From Squalus acanthias (lineage: Eukaryota): a DNA stretch of 64,000 bases. A program made the position numbers and the translations under genes. The notes below the pieces were generated by a model. The model saw nothing but the letters and a program-made list of their open reading frames with translations, did no database searches and was not told where the DNA came from. Positions 27,201-39,660 of the stretch are shown here, one piece after another. Each line of letters starts with the position of its first letter. Within the stretch, counting starts at the first letter, position 1. The stretch spans positions 5,890,001-5,954,000 of the forward strand of contig CM059432.1 of assembly GCA_030390025.1 (NCBI GenBank), written 5' to 3'.

Positions 27201-28117
27201 ACGACACAAAGCTGGGTGGGCGTGTGTGCTGTGAGGAGGATGCAGAGAAACTCCAGTATGATTTGGACAGGTTGGGTGATTGGGCAGATGCATGGCAGAT
27301 GCAGTATAATGTGGATAAATGCGAGGTTATCCACTTTGGTGGCAAAAACAGGAAGACAGATTATTATCTGAATGGCAATAGATTGGGAAAAGAGGAAGTG
27401 CAATGAGACCCGGGTGTCCTTGTGCACCAGTCGCTGAAGGTAAGCATGCAGGTGCAGCAGGCGGTTAAGATGGCAAATGGTATGTTGGCCTTCATAGCGA
27501 GAGGATTCGAGTACAGGAGCAAGGATGTCTTGCTGCAGTTGCACAGGGCCTTGGTGAGACCACACCTTGAGTATTGTGTGCAGTTTTGGTCGCCTTATCT
27601 GAGGAAGGATGTTCTTGCCATGGAGGGAGTGCAGCGAAGATTCACCAGTCTGATACCTGGGATGGCAGGAATGACGTATGAAGAGAGATTGGGTCGATTA
27701 GGCTTATAGTCACTAGAATTTAGAAGAATGAGAGGGGATCTCATTGAAACTTATAAAATTCTAACAGGACTAGACAGACTAGATGCAGGAAGGATGTTCC
27801 CGATGGCGGGGAGTCCAGAACCAGGGGTCATAGTCTAAGGATAAGGGGTAAGCCATTTAGGACTGAGATGAGGAGGAATTTCTTCACCCAGAGAGTGGTG
27901 AACCTGTGGCATTCTCTACCACAGAAGGCAGTTGAGGCCAATTCATTAAATATATTCAAGAAGGAGTTAGATATATTTCTTAAGACTAAAGGGATATGGG
28001 GAGAAAGCAGGGACAGGGTACTGAATTTGGATGATCAGCCATGATCTCATTAAATGGCCGAACAGGCTCGAGGGCCGAATGGCCTACTACTGCTCCTATC
28101 TTCTATGTTTCTATGTT
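24231..28117 (+). mobile_element. Long CR1 LINE: ORF1 esterase remnant, APE endonuclease, RT and 3' tail (frameshifted)
   Basis: VHIGTND (SGNH-like), LNARSI, ITETW, MGDFN, SDHN, NYRPVSLTS, FADD; tctatgtt tail. Confidence 0.93.
26710..27171 (-). mobile_element. HE1/V-SINE-like tRNA-derived SINE inserted in the CR1 RT
   Basis: Head ggtggcatagtggttagc...gggttcgaatc, V-domain ctgcgtgggtttcctccgggtgctccgg, CR1-derived tail, 7-bp TSD aactaga (26703-26709 / 27172-27178). Confidence 0.88.
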
Positions 28118-29758
28118 TGACAGCTGCAAATGGTCTATAAAAGCTCCCATTTCATAGGTCTTCACTTTCTTAGGTTAGAAGCTCCTGCTTACTGCATTTG
28201 GAAGACAGATTGAGGTTTATGCAATGAGGTTATGTTTGGAGCAAACTCTCTATCCAGTATCAGCTCATTAGAACAACCTCTCTCAACTTCACCTGCCATC
28301 TATTCCATCAGCATCGATGCCCTTGAAAAAAATCTCACCTTGGTCCTCAGAATCCCACCATGATCAGCCTCAACACCAGCATCACCGGGCACACCAGCAG
28401 CACCAACATCAACACCAACCTTCTCTGCAATCAACTGTTGCTGCACAGGACACAGGGCATCAACACCCGACAACATTGCTGTCCGGGACGCCAGGGATGG
28501 CCTCACAATAGCCAGATTTACTTCACTTGACGCTGCAAACCCTGGCTTTCACATGATGCGTCAGGTTGGCACCACCCCACACCAACACCATACAGCATCC
28601 CTACAATGCCCAAGCGATTCCTTTCACACTCATCACCATTGCTGGGGGCGGGGGGGGTGGGGTACCCTTATGTCTCACCATACACTGCAACTCACTAAGC
28701 CACTTCCAAAGGTGCACACAAATCTGTCCAAGAACGCAAAGTGTTGAAAATAAAGATTTCAATGTTTGGCACCACATTAACAGAAACTTCACATGAACAT
28801 TGGCTAAACCACCCAAGTGCCTACCCTTGTGTGCTGTTAGTTGGTATGCTTGCAGTAGGATAAGGGTGAGTGTGAGGGGTGGCTAGTGAAATGGGGAAGT
28901 GATAATATAGATAGAGAGGGATGGATGGAGGTGCAAGGTAAGTTGGTGTGAGTAAAGATGTGCAGGAGTAGGGTAGAGAAGGCAGAATGATGGGGATGTG
29001 ATGAGTGGCACAGCAGGATGAGGTTGAGTGTGGCTTGGCAGTAACATTTTGTGATCTACTGAGATCATTGAAAGGTTTGTGCCACTGCAGCTTGGTCCTC
29101 CTGACAACATCCCTGCTTGTGCCCTCCTGTGCAATGTGCAACCATTCTGCATTGGTCTCCTGGGGAGGTATCTTCAGCCCATTGGAAAGGAAGAAAACCT
29201 GCCTGCGTGCTGTGACTCCCTCCATAAGCATATGGAGGGAGTCATGGGAGAGCCTGGGTGCAGCCATGCACCTTTGTGCAGTGCTCGTCAGCGTTTGCAG
29301 CACCTCAATGCTGCTCAACACTGACAGCAGCGCTGTCAAGATCAATTTGGACATGGCCACTTTAAGGAAACCGGCTGATGTCGCATCATCAAATGACGTC
29401 ATCAGACCCGCTTCCTTTTAATTGGCCGGGAACCTCGCTGGGCGGGCTTAACAAGCCCAATCAACGTAAAATCACTTGGAGTGTGTGGCTGGAGCAGGCA
29501 GCGGGCTGGGACAACGCTACCAACCCCAGCCGCACCGGACGACGAAATCGCGGCCAACATGTCAGGCTTCCATAATGTGTGGTCATATCTATGAAATAAA
29601 GGTCTTTAAATGTATCAGCTACAGGATGTACAGCTGGTTTCCAAGGCATTGGCTTGGTAATTATCTAAACAAAAAAAAATGAAATAAAAGTGAGCTTGGA
29701 GTGAAGGTGAGAGAGGCAGCAAGGGGCATAAAATGGGTAACCCTTAATACATGGTTAA

Positions 29759-30640
29759 TAGTTACAGCACAGAAGGAGGCCATTCAGCCCGTCGAGCCTG
29801 TGCCGGCTCTCTGCAAGAGCACTTCAGCTGGTCCCACTCCCTCACCCTTTCCCTGTAGCCCTGCAAACTTTTTTCCTTCAGATACTTATCCAATTCCCTT
29901 TTGAATGCCATGATTGAATCTGCCTCCACCACCCTTTCAGGTAGTGCATTCCAGATTCTAACCACTCGCTGCGTAAAAAAGTCTTTCCTCATGTCACCTT
30001 TGGTTCTTCTGCCAATCACCTTAAATCTGTCCGCTCTGGTTCTCGATCCTTCTGCCAATGGGAACAGTTTCTCTCTATCGACTCTGTCTCGACCCCTCAT
30101 GATTTTGAACACCTCTATCAAATCTCCTCTCAACCTTCTCTGCTCTAAGGAGAACAACCCCAGCTTCTCCAATCTATCCACGTGACTGAAGTCCCTCATT
30201 CCTGAAACTATTCTTGTAAATCTTTTCAGCACCCTCTCCAAGGCCTTCACATCCTTCCTGAAGTGCGGTGCCCAGAATTGGACACAATACTCCAGTTGAG
30301 GCTGGACCAGTGTTTTATAAAGGTTCCTTGCTTTTGTACTCTACGCCTCAATTTATGAAGCCCAGGATACCATATACTTTTTTAACTGCTTTCTCAACCT
30401 GCCCTGCCACCTTCAATGATTTGTGCACATTCACCCCCAGGTCTCTCTGTTCGTGCACCCCCTTTAGAATTGTACCCTTTAGTTTTTATTGCCTCTCCTC
30501 GTTCTTCCTACCAAAATGTATCACTTCGCACTTTTTTGCATTAAATTTCATCTGCTACGTGTCCGTCCATTCCACCAGCCTATCCATGTCCTCTTGAAGT
30601 CTATCACTATCCTCCTCTTTGTTCACTATACTTCCAAGTT
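29759..30640 (-). mobile_element. CR1 3' fragment
   Basis: ORF 29762-30250 KALERV.KRFTR...WNALP; same family as 2511-3465. Confidence 0.9.
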
Positions 30641-30659
30641 TTGGTATAGTCTGGTATTG

Positions 30660-31561
30660 CTATGCACAAGCAAAGACATTCAACTACAGTTTTTAAAAAA
30701 AATAGGAGCATATAGTAGTACAAGGGTAAAGAAGTAATGATAAATTTGTACAAAACGTTGATTAGCTCACAGTGTTGCATGCCTCGTTACAGAAAGGACA
30801 TCAAAGCCATAGGAGCATGTACCATGTAGATTAATCAGGATGATGCCAGGGATGGGAAATTATCATCAGTGGGAGAGACTTGAGATACTGGATCTATTTC
30901 CACTGTAGCAGAGGAGACCGAGGAGATTCTATCGAGGTTTTTAAAATTATGAAGGGTTTTGAGGGAGTAAATAGTCAGAGACTATTTATTTTTGTTCAGG
31001 AGTCAATAATGAGGGGTCATCAATTTAAAATGGTTACGCAGAATGAGGAGAGAGATTTGAAGAAATGTCTCTACATAGAGGGTTGTTGGCAATGGAATGC
31101 TTTACCACAGGGAGTGGTTGAGGATGAAACCATCTTATCGGGGAATGGGATAAATATTTGAAGCAGAGGAAGATACAGGGCTATGGAGAGAGAGAAAGCA
31201 GGGCAGAGAGATTCATTTTGGATTGTTTTTTATTTATTCATTTACGGGATGTGGGCATTGCTGGCAAGGCCAGCATTGATTGCCCATCCCTAATTGTCTT
31301 TGAGAAGGTGGTGGTGAGCTGCCTTCTTGAACCGTTGCAATCCGTGTGGTGAAGGTGCTCCCACAGTGCTTTTAGGGAGGGAGTTCCAGGATTTTGACCC
31401 AGCAACAATGAAGGAACGGCGATATATTTCCAAGTCAGGATGGTGTGTGACTTGGAGGGGAACTTGGAGGTGGTGGTGTTCCCATTCGCCTACTGTCCTT
31501 GTCCATCTTGGTGGTAGAGGTCACGGGTTTGGGAGGTGCTGCCGAAGAAGCCTTGGCGAGT
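30660..31561. mobile_element. Old CR1 3' part (+), followed by a LINE-like 3' end (-, ~31225-31561)
   Basis: IEVFKIMKGFEGV...WNALPQGVV. The CR1 tail resumes at ~31757 after the insertion. Family of the second piece is uncertain. Confidence 0.55.
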
Positions 31562-33535
31562 GCTACAGTTTACTTTTTCTCAAGCTGTAGATTGACACAA
31601 GAATTGTAGTACTTTTCAATGTGAAGCAATTTCAACTTTTCATTTATGTGTGGTTATAATTAGGGTGTGAATGTGCCCCAGTAGAATTTAGTCTCGTATC
31701 AGATGCCTATCTCAAGAAGGTTGTCTAGCACTACTTTGACCTTACATTGGTTACAGTTGCTCTAGCAAAGAGCTGGCACAGACATGATGAGCCAAATTCC
31801 ACGCTGTCAACCTCTATCAGTTGCCTTTGGACTGCTAGTTATCCAGTTATACTGTAATCAATGAAAAGCTGAAATTGTTTCACATTAACACAAGAATTGT
31901 AGTACTTTTCAATCTACAGCTTGAGAAAAAGTAACGACACATTTATGAGAAGTCAGTTCACGACTTTACTTTGTGTTGTTTATTGCAATATGGTCACCTG
32001 CCAATAAATTATATGAATTATCAAAACTGATTTTACAGCACAATCATTGAGCAGGTTAGTTAAACTGTTAGGAAAAAAAAAGGATTTGCAGTTTAAGTTA
32101 CACTCCAGTGGCAATATAAATGGGAAATTTAGTTCCAACACGTGGAAAACCCAGAGCAACTGACTCCAGGAGACAGTGTCGGTTCTCCCTCACCCCCATA
32201 AAGAACTTAGATGTGCCCCCAACAGTCCCCTTTCTAAGAGGGCTGCTTTAAAATAATTATAAAATGTCTCTATTTTTCTTTCATGATTCCAACCTGGACC
32301 CCCACAATGGGTTTGCGGTTTGGTGGCATGGTCCCTCCACACGTATCCATGTCCTGGTCTAAATTTCAACCCTTCACGCATACTTCTGCCAGAGTTAGTC
32401 GGATTGCACCAGAAGGGCTGCAGATTTTCAGCCCCCTGATCACCATTGGTAGGATTCTACATAGATTGTCTGTTAATAGGCTACTTCTCACCAACAGTTT
32501 TGAGGTATAAAACACAGAAGCGAAGAAACAGCGAGAGATTTCGTACATGCATTATGTGGCAGTTCAGAATAATATTCCACCACCCTATTCCAGAAAACAA
32601 ATGTAATAGCATTCAAAAAGTACATGTTTACAATTTTACGACATGTTGATGAGCAGAACAATTCTTCCCCACATATCCTTTCTGTCAAACTAAGATTCTG
32701 AACAGGACAAGTTTTCATGTAGATTCCCTGGAACTTGATTATTTTTCATGTGTCTACAGAATTCACCTAATCCCAAATTTATAACTTGTTTAGAAAAAAA
32801 AAATCCAGGCTTACTATCTGAATTTAGCTTTCAATTTTAGTCTATGTCTTTAAACTAGCCGTAGCTTCAGTGCAAAATGCAGTCAATCCCACCCACACTA
32901 ATAAACTCAATGAAATATCTGCCTCACCACGCAAAATAGCCAACTGGGCTGTCTCCACAAGTCAGAAATGAAAGTAAAATGCTCAAACATCTGCTAAACC
33001 ACCCTGGTGCTCTAATTGTTGCTGAAGTCCCCACTGATCCTCAACTGCTATTTTGACCCATCAGTCAATTAGCCCGCCATGCACGAATGAAAATTACAAT
33101 CGTGACTCGGCCAAGCCAGCATGAAGCAACAGAATTCAAGTCAAGCGAGCAAAACGAGCTGATAGCAAATCAACGGCCTGCCGATTTACTATCGGCCCAT
33201 TTCTGCTCAATAAATACCGAAAATGAGATAAGTATTTAATATTTAGACTCCACATAAGTAACAAAGAAAAAAAAACTTGCTGCTCTATTACTAGAACACT
33301 AATATACAGTTACCCGATGAGGGACTTAGCCAAAAGATGATCAGAGGCTATTAAAAAGAATATAGTTCTGACAGAAAAAGAAAGACTTGCATTTATATAG
33401 CACCTTTCATAGCCGCTGGTCGTCCCAAAGCACTTTACAGCCAATGAAGTACTTTTTTGAAATGTAGTCACTGCTGTAATGTAGGAAATATACAGCAAGT
33501 TCTCATAAACAGCAATGTGATAATGACCAGATAAT

Positions 33536-34636
33536 GGGCTGTATTTTGCGGCCCCTACGGGTGCATAACGACGTGTGTACGCGCCCGTAGGTGCCGCGCA
33601 AGTTCTGGGTTTAGGCATGTGAAGCTCCTGATCAGAGGCCAGTGTCGGGAGCGGAGAGAGCAGCAGCACAGTGAGTAGCTAAACTCACTTTTGCGGGCTT
33701 TTTTGCAGAGGCCAGTGTCGGGAGCGGAGAGCAGCAGCACAGTGAGTAGTTAAACTCACTTTCGCGGGTTTTTTTTTTGCAGAGGCCAGTGTCGGGAGCG
33801 GAGAGAGCAGCAGCACAGTGAGTAGTTAAACTCACTTTCGCGGGCTTTTTTTTTGCAGAGGCCAGTGTCGGAAGCGGAGAGAGCAGCAGCACAGCGAGTA
33901 GTTAAACTCACTTTCGCGGGCTTTTTTGCAGAGGCCAGTGTCGGGGGCGGAGAGAGCAGCAGCACAGTGAGTAACCCAGAACTTGCGATCTGTCAAGAAT
34001 CATCTTGACAGATCGTACGCAGTCCCGGGAAAAGGGCATCCGCGGGCGGAGAGTTAGCCCAACTTCTGCCCAGCGAATGCCCGTGAAATTCTTAGCCCGC
34101 CATGCACGAATGGAAATTACCAAGCCAGCGTAAAGCAACAGAATTCAGGTCAAGCGAGCGTATGACTTTTAAAGGACATAAAAATAAAACATTTTCATTC
34201 ATTTAAACATTATAACACATGTAAAATAAGGTAAGTTTATTTTTAGACCATTTAAAATAAGCAATTTTTTTTTAATTAAATTTTTGTTTGAAATATTTAA
34301 TTAAATGTAATTTTGATTAATTTTAAATATGTGATTTAAAAAAAATTTATTTTAAGCGTACGTGCATTTTTGGGGAATTCCCATTCATACTTATGGAGGT
34401 TCCGTACATACGGAATCTCCATGAGTCTGAATGGGGATCCCCCTTCTATCATTGGTTGGGCCGGCCCACATGATCCCAGGGGCGCTTGCAAACCGCATGC
34501 ACCCCTGGGATACGTGGGCCTCTACGCAGGCCTACGCATAGAGGCCCAGGAGCGCAAGTGTCCGAACCTCTGGGACCATCAGGTAGGTTCGTAGATTTTT
34601 TGCAGTTCAGAGGCATCCGATCGTAATTTCAGGCCC
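33536..34636. mobile_element. Harbinger-type MITE carrying a tandem array
   Basis: Termini gggctgtatttt / aatttcaggccc, TSD aat, internal hairpin at 34372-34443. Confidence 0.8.
33634..33973 (+). repeat. Tandem array, ~4.6 copies of a 73-76 bp unit
   Basis: Unit agaggccagtgtcgggagcggagagagcagcagcacagtgagtagttaaactcactttcgcgggc(t)ngc starts at 33634, 33707, 33781, 33857 and 33930. Confidence 0.95.
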
Positions 34637-35805
34637 AATCTGTTTTTGTGATGTTGTGCGAGGGGTAAATATTGGCTCGGACACCTGGCTAATATCTTCT
34701 TCGAAATAGTGCCATGGGGTCTTTTACACCCACCTGAGAAAAGAGAGCAGACGGGGCCTCGGTTTAACGTCTCATCCGAAAGACGGCATCTGACAGTGCA
34801 GCACTCTCTCAGTACTGCACTGGAGTGTCAGCCTAGATATTTGTGTTCAAGTCTCTGGTCTGAGACTTGAACCCACAACTTTCTGACTCAGGCGAGGGTG
34901 CTACCAACTGAGCCACGGCTGACACTCAAAAAACACCAAAGTTCAGAGCAACTTAAACCAACTGCACTGAGCTCTGTATGACTAGTTGCGTTATGTTTCA
35001 TGCCTGGGCATCTCAGTCATTTGAACTGCTCCTATAACTTACTCCTGTCTGCAGTGGGTTGATCACCTGCAAACAGAACATTCATGATCTTATCTTGGGT
35101 TGGTAGACTAAGCACATTATTATTTTCTGGGATGGTTGCTATTATGTAGGTGATTGATATTTTCTGTTGTTTTAGTTTGAGTCTCAGACCGCCGTGGTGG
35201 CATCACCAAATCACACCTTGGTCTGTTCCCTTACTCCTCCGGCACTTTCTCCTCCTTTGAGCATCTCACCTTATTCCACTCCTCTCACCTCTCATTTAAA
35301 ATTCTCGTTCTCTACCGCCCACCCAAGTACCATAAAAATTTTATTACCGAGATATCTTCATTGCTTTCCTCCCTCAGCCTCTGCACCAAACGACTTCTCA
35401 TCCTCGGTGATTTCAACCTTCATCTCAATTCATCATGCTCTCTCTCCTCCGAGTTCACGAGCCTCCTATCCTCCCTTAATCTCTCCCTCCATGTAAACTC
35501 CCCAACCCATATTCACGGCCACCCCCTCGACCTTGCCACCTCTCATGGCCTCGCGACTCCCATCATGTCAGTCACTGATAAGGCCATCTCTGACCACTTC
35601 CTCGTATCGCTCTCCACCCACCCCGCGCCAACCCTACTTCCTTCTGTGTCCGCCCTGGAAAAAAACTCTCTCCCAACTCTCTAACAACTGCACTTATCCA
35701 ACTATCCAGCCTTTGACCCTCCATTCACCATGACATTTACCGATCAGCTCAACCACAGCCTCACCACCACCTTTGATGATGCCCTAGTCCCTAATAAAAC
35801 AATTA

Positions 35806-36165
35806 GGGGGGAAAATTCAGTTGGTTGCGCCTCCCGTTAGCACCTTAAGAGGGAGCTAATGGGGCGCAAAGCATCTAGCGCCCAGGCGCGGCGATGTTTG
35901 CGCCGCTCGCGAAATTAACTAGACATTTTGCGGCGGCGCTAAACACTACCGCCACAATCTCCTACGCCGGCAGATCGTGACATCAGTCGAGTGCGCAACG
36001 CCCCGGTATCGCCCCGGAGCGGATATTGAGTGGCGCCCCCTGCCTTACGCTAGCAACGACAGGTTGAGGGGAGCGTTTTGCAGTCATGAAGGGACTGGGG
36101 GAGCGCTATTTAAAGGCGACCGCTTCCTGCCTTTTATTGTTGGTGCCATTTTTGAACCACGCATT

Positions 36166-36204
<39 letters not shown>

Positions 36205-36706
36205 CTGGAGAGATTCAATGCTGTGTGAAGGAGTTTTGGGTACTGAGCAGCACTTTGCAGGTTCATTTTGATTTGCCCTTCCTTGTATCGATTTAGAAGA
36301 GACTGTGGGGGCTGCACTCTGAGCTCTTTCCCTGGTACTCTCCATTGTTCTTTCCAGCAGATTTGATGTGCAGGTCTCTCCAGGCCGAGATTCAAGGCTG
36401 CAATGAGCAGGATGTGGATGGAAAGCAAGATCAACCATCCCCTTCAAGAACTGGCCCGTGCCATTGTGTGTGTGTTCCATTGCTGACTGACATCACATGT
36501 GCTTCGCCAGCACTCTGAGGTAGCGCCTCGCTCCTCGGCCTTTGCGTCTTAAGACAGGTGTGAAGCGCCTGATTTAGCGCTCCAATCACCTCCAGGGGCG
36601 ATAAAAGTCAAGTTTGCAGTCGGTGGCGATAATTAGCGCCAGGCGCTAATCTTTGCGCCCGGCCGATAATTGCGCCCCAAATGGGGCGATACTGAATTTC
36701 TCCCCC
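35806..36706. mobile_element. PIF/Harbinger-type MITE copy 2
   Basis: Same TIRs as 13610-14501, TSD tta, expanded (GA)n inside. Confidence 0.9.
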
Positions 36707-36849
36707 TTACTCTCTCTCACCCTGGCTGCTCCCCAGGTACGGCCCACATCTTCGCTCCCTTAAGTCCAAGGGACGCAGACTTGAACGGATATGGCGGACA
36801 AATGGTTTAGCCATTCACCACCATATCTGGCTGGACCACATAAAGCATT

Positions 36850-39660
36850 CTAAGAACATAAGAAATAGGAGCAGGAATAGGCCACTTGGCCCCTCAAGCC
36901 TGCTCCGCCATTCAATAAGATCATGGCTGATCTAGGGCTCAAAGCCACTTCCCAGCCTGCTCCCCATAACCCTTCATTTCCTTATCTTGCAAAAATTTGT
37001 CTATCTCCACTTTAAATGTATTTAATGACCCAGCCTCCACAGCTCTCTAGGGCAGAGAATTCCACAAATTTACGACCCTCTAAGAGAAGAAGTTCTTCCT
37101 CATCTCAGTTCTAAAAGGGCGACCCTTTATTCTGAGACTGTGCCCCCGAGTTCTAGATTTCCCCATAAGGGGAAACATCCTCTCTGCATCTACCCTGTCG
37201 AGCCCCCTCAGTATCTTATATGTTTCGATAAGATCACCTCTCATTCTTCTAAATTCCAATGAGTATAGGCCCAGCCTGCTCAACCTTTCCTCATAAGTCA
37301 AACCCCTCATCTCTGGAATTAACCTAGTGAATCGTCTCTGAACTGCCTCCAATGCAAGTATATCCTTCCTTAATTAAGGAGATCAAAACTGTACGCAGTA
37401 CTCAAGGTGTGGTCTCACCAATACCTTGTACAGTTGTAGCAGGACCTCCCTGCTTTTATACTCCAACCCCCTTGAAATAAAGGCCAACATTCCATTTGCC
37501 TTTTTGATTACTTGCTGTACCTGCATGCTAACTTTTTGTGTTTCATGCACAATGACCCCCAGGTCCCTCTCAACTGTAGCATTTTGTAATCTCTCTCCAT
37601 TTAAATAATCGTTTGCTTTTTTATTTTTCCTGCCAAAGTGGATAACCTCGCACTTTCCCACATTATACTCCATCTGCCAAATGTTTGCCCACTCACCTAG
37701 CCTGTCTATATCCCTTTGCAGATTTTTGAGTCCTCTGCACAACTTGCTTTCCCACCCATCTTTGTATCATCCGCAAACTTGGCTACATTACACTCGATCC
37801 CTTCATCCAAGTCATTAATGTAGATTGTAAATAGTTGGGGCCCCAGCACCAATCCTTGTGGCACCCCACTAGTTACCATTTCCCAACCAGAAAATGACCC
37901 ATTTATCCCAACTCTCTGCTATCTGTTAGTTATCATGATGCGGAGTTGGACTGGGGTGGACAAAATTGAGAGGTCGCACAACACCAGGTTATAGTCCAAC
38001 AGTTTTATTTTAAATCACAAGCTTTCGGAGTTGTAACTCCGAAAGCTTGTGATTTAAAATAAAACTGTTGGACTATAACCTGGTGTTGTGCGACCTCTCA
38101 ATTCTGTTAGTTAGCCAATTCTCTATCCATGCTAATATATCACCCCCAACTCCGTGTGCTCTTGTCTTATGCAGTAACCTTTTATGTGGCACCTTATCGA
38201 ATGCCTTCTGGAAATCCAAATACACCACATCCACTGGCTCACCCTTGTCCACCCTGCTTGTTACATCCTCAAAGACCTCCAGCAAATTTGTTAAACATGA
38301 TTTCCCTTTCCTAAAACCATGCTGACTCTGTTTGACTGCAGTATGTTTTTCTAAATGCCCTGAACTGCTTCCTTAATGAAGGACTCCAGCATTTTCCCAA
38401 CGACAGATGTTAGGCTAACTGGTCTATAGTTCCCTCCTTTCTTAAATAGGGGTGTTACATTAGCGGTTTTCCAATCTGCTGGGACCTCTCCAGAGTCCAG
38501 GGAATTTTGGTATATTGCAACCAATGCATCCACTATCTCTGCCGCCACTTCTTTTAAGACCCTGGGATACTGGCCATCTGGTCCAGGGGACTTGACGTCT
38601 TTTAGTCCCATTATTTTACCGAGTACCATTTCCTTAGTGATTGTCTTTAGTTCCCCCTTCCCTGTGGCCCCTTGATTATCCATTATTGGGATGTTGTTAG
38701 TGTCTTCTACAGTGAAGACAGATGCAAAATATTTGTTCAGAGTCTCTGCCATTTCCCCATTTCCCATTATTAATTCCCCAGTCTCATCCTCTAAGGGACC
38801 AACGTTTACTTTAGCTACCCTCTTCCTTTTTATTTACCTGTAGAAGCTCTTACTATCTGTTCTAATGTTTCTTGCCAGCTTACTCTCATAATTCATCTTC
38901 TCTCTCTTTATTATTTTTTTAGTCATTCTTTGCAGGTTTTTTAAAATTTCCCAATCCTATGGTCTCCCACCAATCTTGGCAACATTGTATGCCTTCGTTT
39001 TCAATTTGATACCATCCTTTACTTCCCTAATTAGCCACGGATGGTGCTCCCTTCTCTTAAAATCTTTCTTTCTCACTGGAATATATTTTTGTTGAGAGTT
39101 ATGAAATATCTCCTTAATGTCCACCACTGCATTTCAACTTTCTTAACCTTTAATTTGTTTTTCCAGTCCACTTTAGCCAGTTCTGCCCTCATGCCATTAT
39201 AATTGCCTTTGTTTAAGATCAGGACACTGGTTTGGGATACAACTTTCTGACCCTCCAACTGAATTTGAAATTCAACCATGCTATGATCACTCTTTCCTAG
39301 AGGATCCTTTACTATGAGATCATTTATTAATTCTGTCTCATTACATAGCACCAGATCCAAGATAGCCTGCTCCCTGGTTGGTTCCATTACATACTGTTCT
39401 AGGAAAACATCCCGGATGCACTTGATGAACTCCTCCTCCAGGCTACAATGGCCAATTTGATTTGTCCAATCAATATGGAGATTAAAATCACCCATGATTT
39501 TTTACAGGCCTCCATTATTTGTTGATTTATACTCTGTCCAACAACATTGCTGCTGTTCGGGGACCTGTAGACTACGCTCACCAGAGACTATTTCCCCATA
39601 TTATTTTTTATCTCCACCCAAACCGATTCTACATCTTGATCTTCTGAGCCAATATCACTT
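36850..39660 (-). mobile_element. CR1 LINE (APE part, RT, tail)
   Basis: Minus-strand ORFs 39073-39495, 38351-38767, 37383-37742 and 37080-37352; 3' part nearly identical to 53189-54596. Confidence 0.92.
37933..38103. repeat. Insertion with a perfect 69-bp inverted repeat (37964-38032 / 38035-38103)
   Basis: Arms are exact reverse complements with a 2-nt spacer; flanking duplication tctgttagtta; absent from the sister CR1 at ~54190. Confidence 0.92.

Larger units (their letters stand above)
23905..29555. mobile_element. Internally deleted PIF/Harbinger element (Myb/SANT gene remnant at ~29020-29270, minus strand) hosting a CR1
   Basis: Termini tgccagaatttt / gaaatcgcggcc with TSD aac. Peptide AAPRLSHDSLHMLMEGVTARRQVFF...W..IA...VRRT.LQW.K.FNDL is Myb/SANT-like. 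Confidence 0.75.
33383..34925 (-). mobile_element. Deu-SINE-like (SacSINE1-like) element split by a MITE
   Basis: L2-type tail gacttgcatttatatagc at 33383; body resumes at 34640; tRNA-like head ends ...ctgagccacggctgacac. Confidence 0.8.

Noticed and set aside
28821..29402. Possible domesticated Myb/SANT (NAIF1/MSANTD-like) gene
   Set aside because: Lies inside a TIR/TSD-bounded, internally deleted Harbinger element and is degenerate.
33634..33973. CRISPR-like array or RAG recombination signals (CACAGTG in each unit)
   Set aside because: No unique spacers and no cas genes in a vertebrate context; no ACAAAAACC-like nonamer at 12 or 23 bp from the heptamer.
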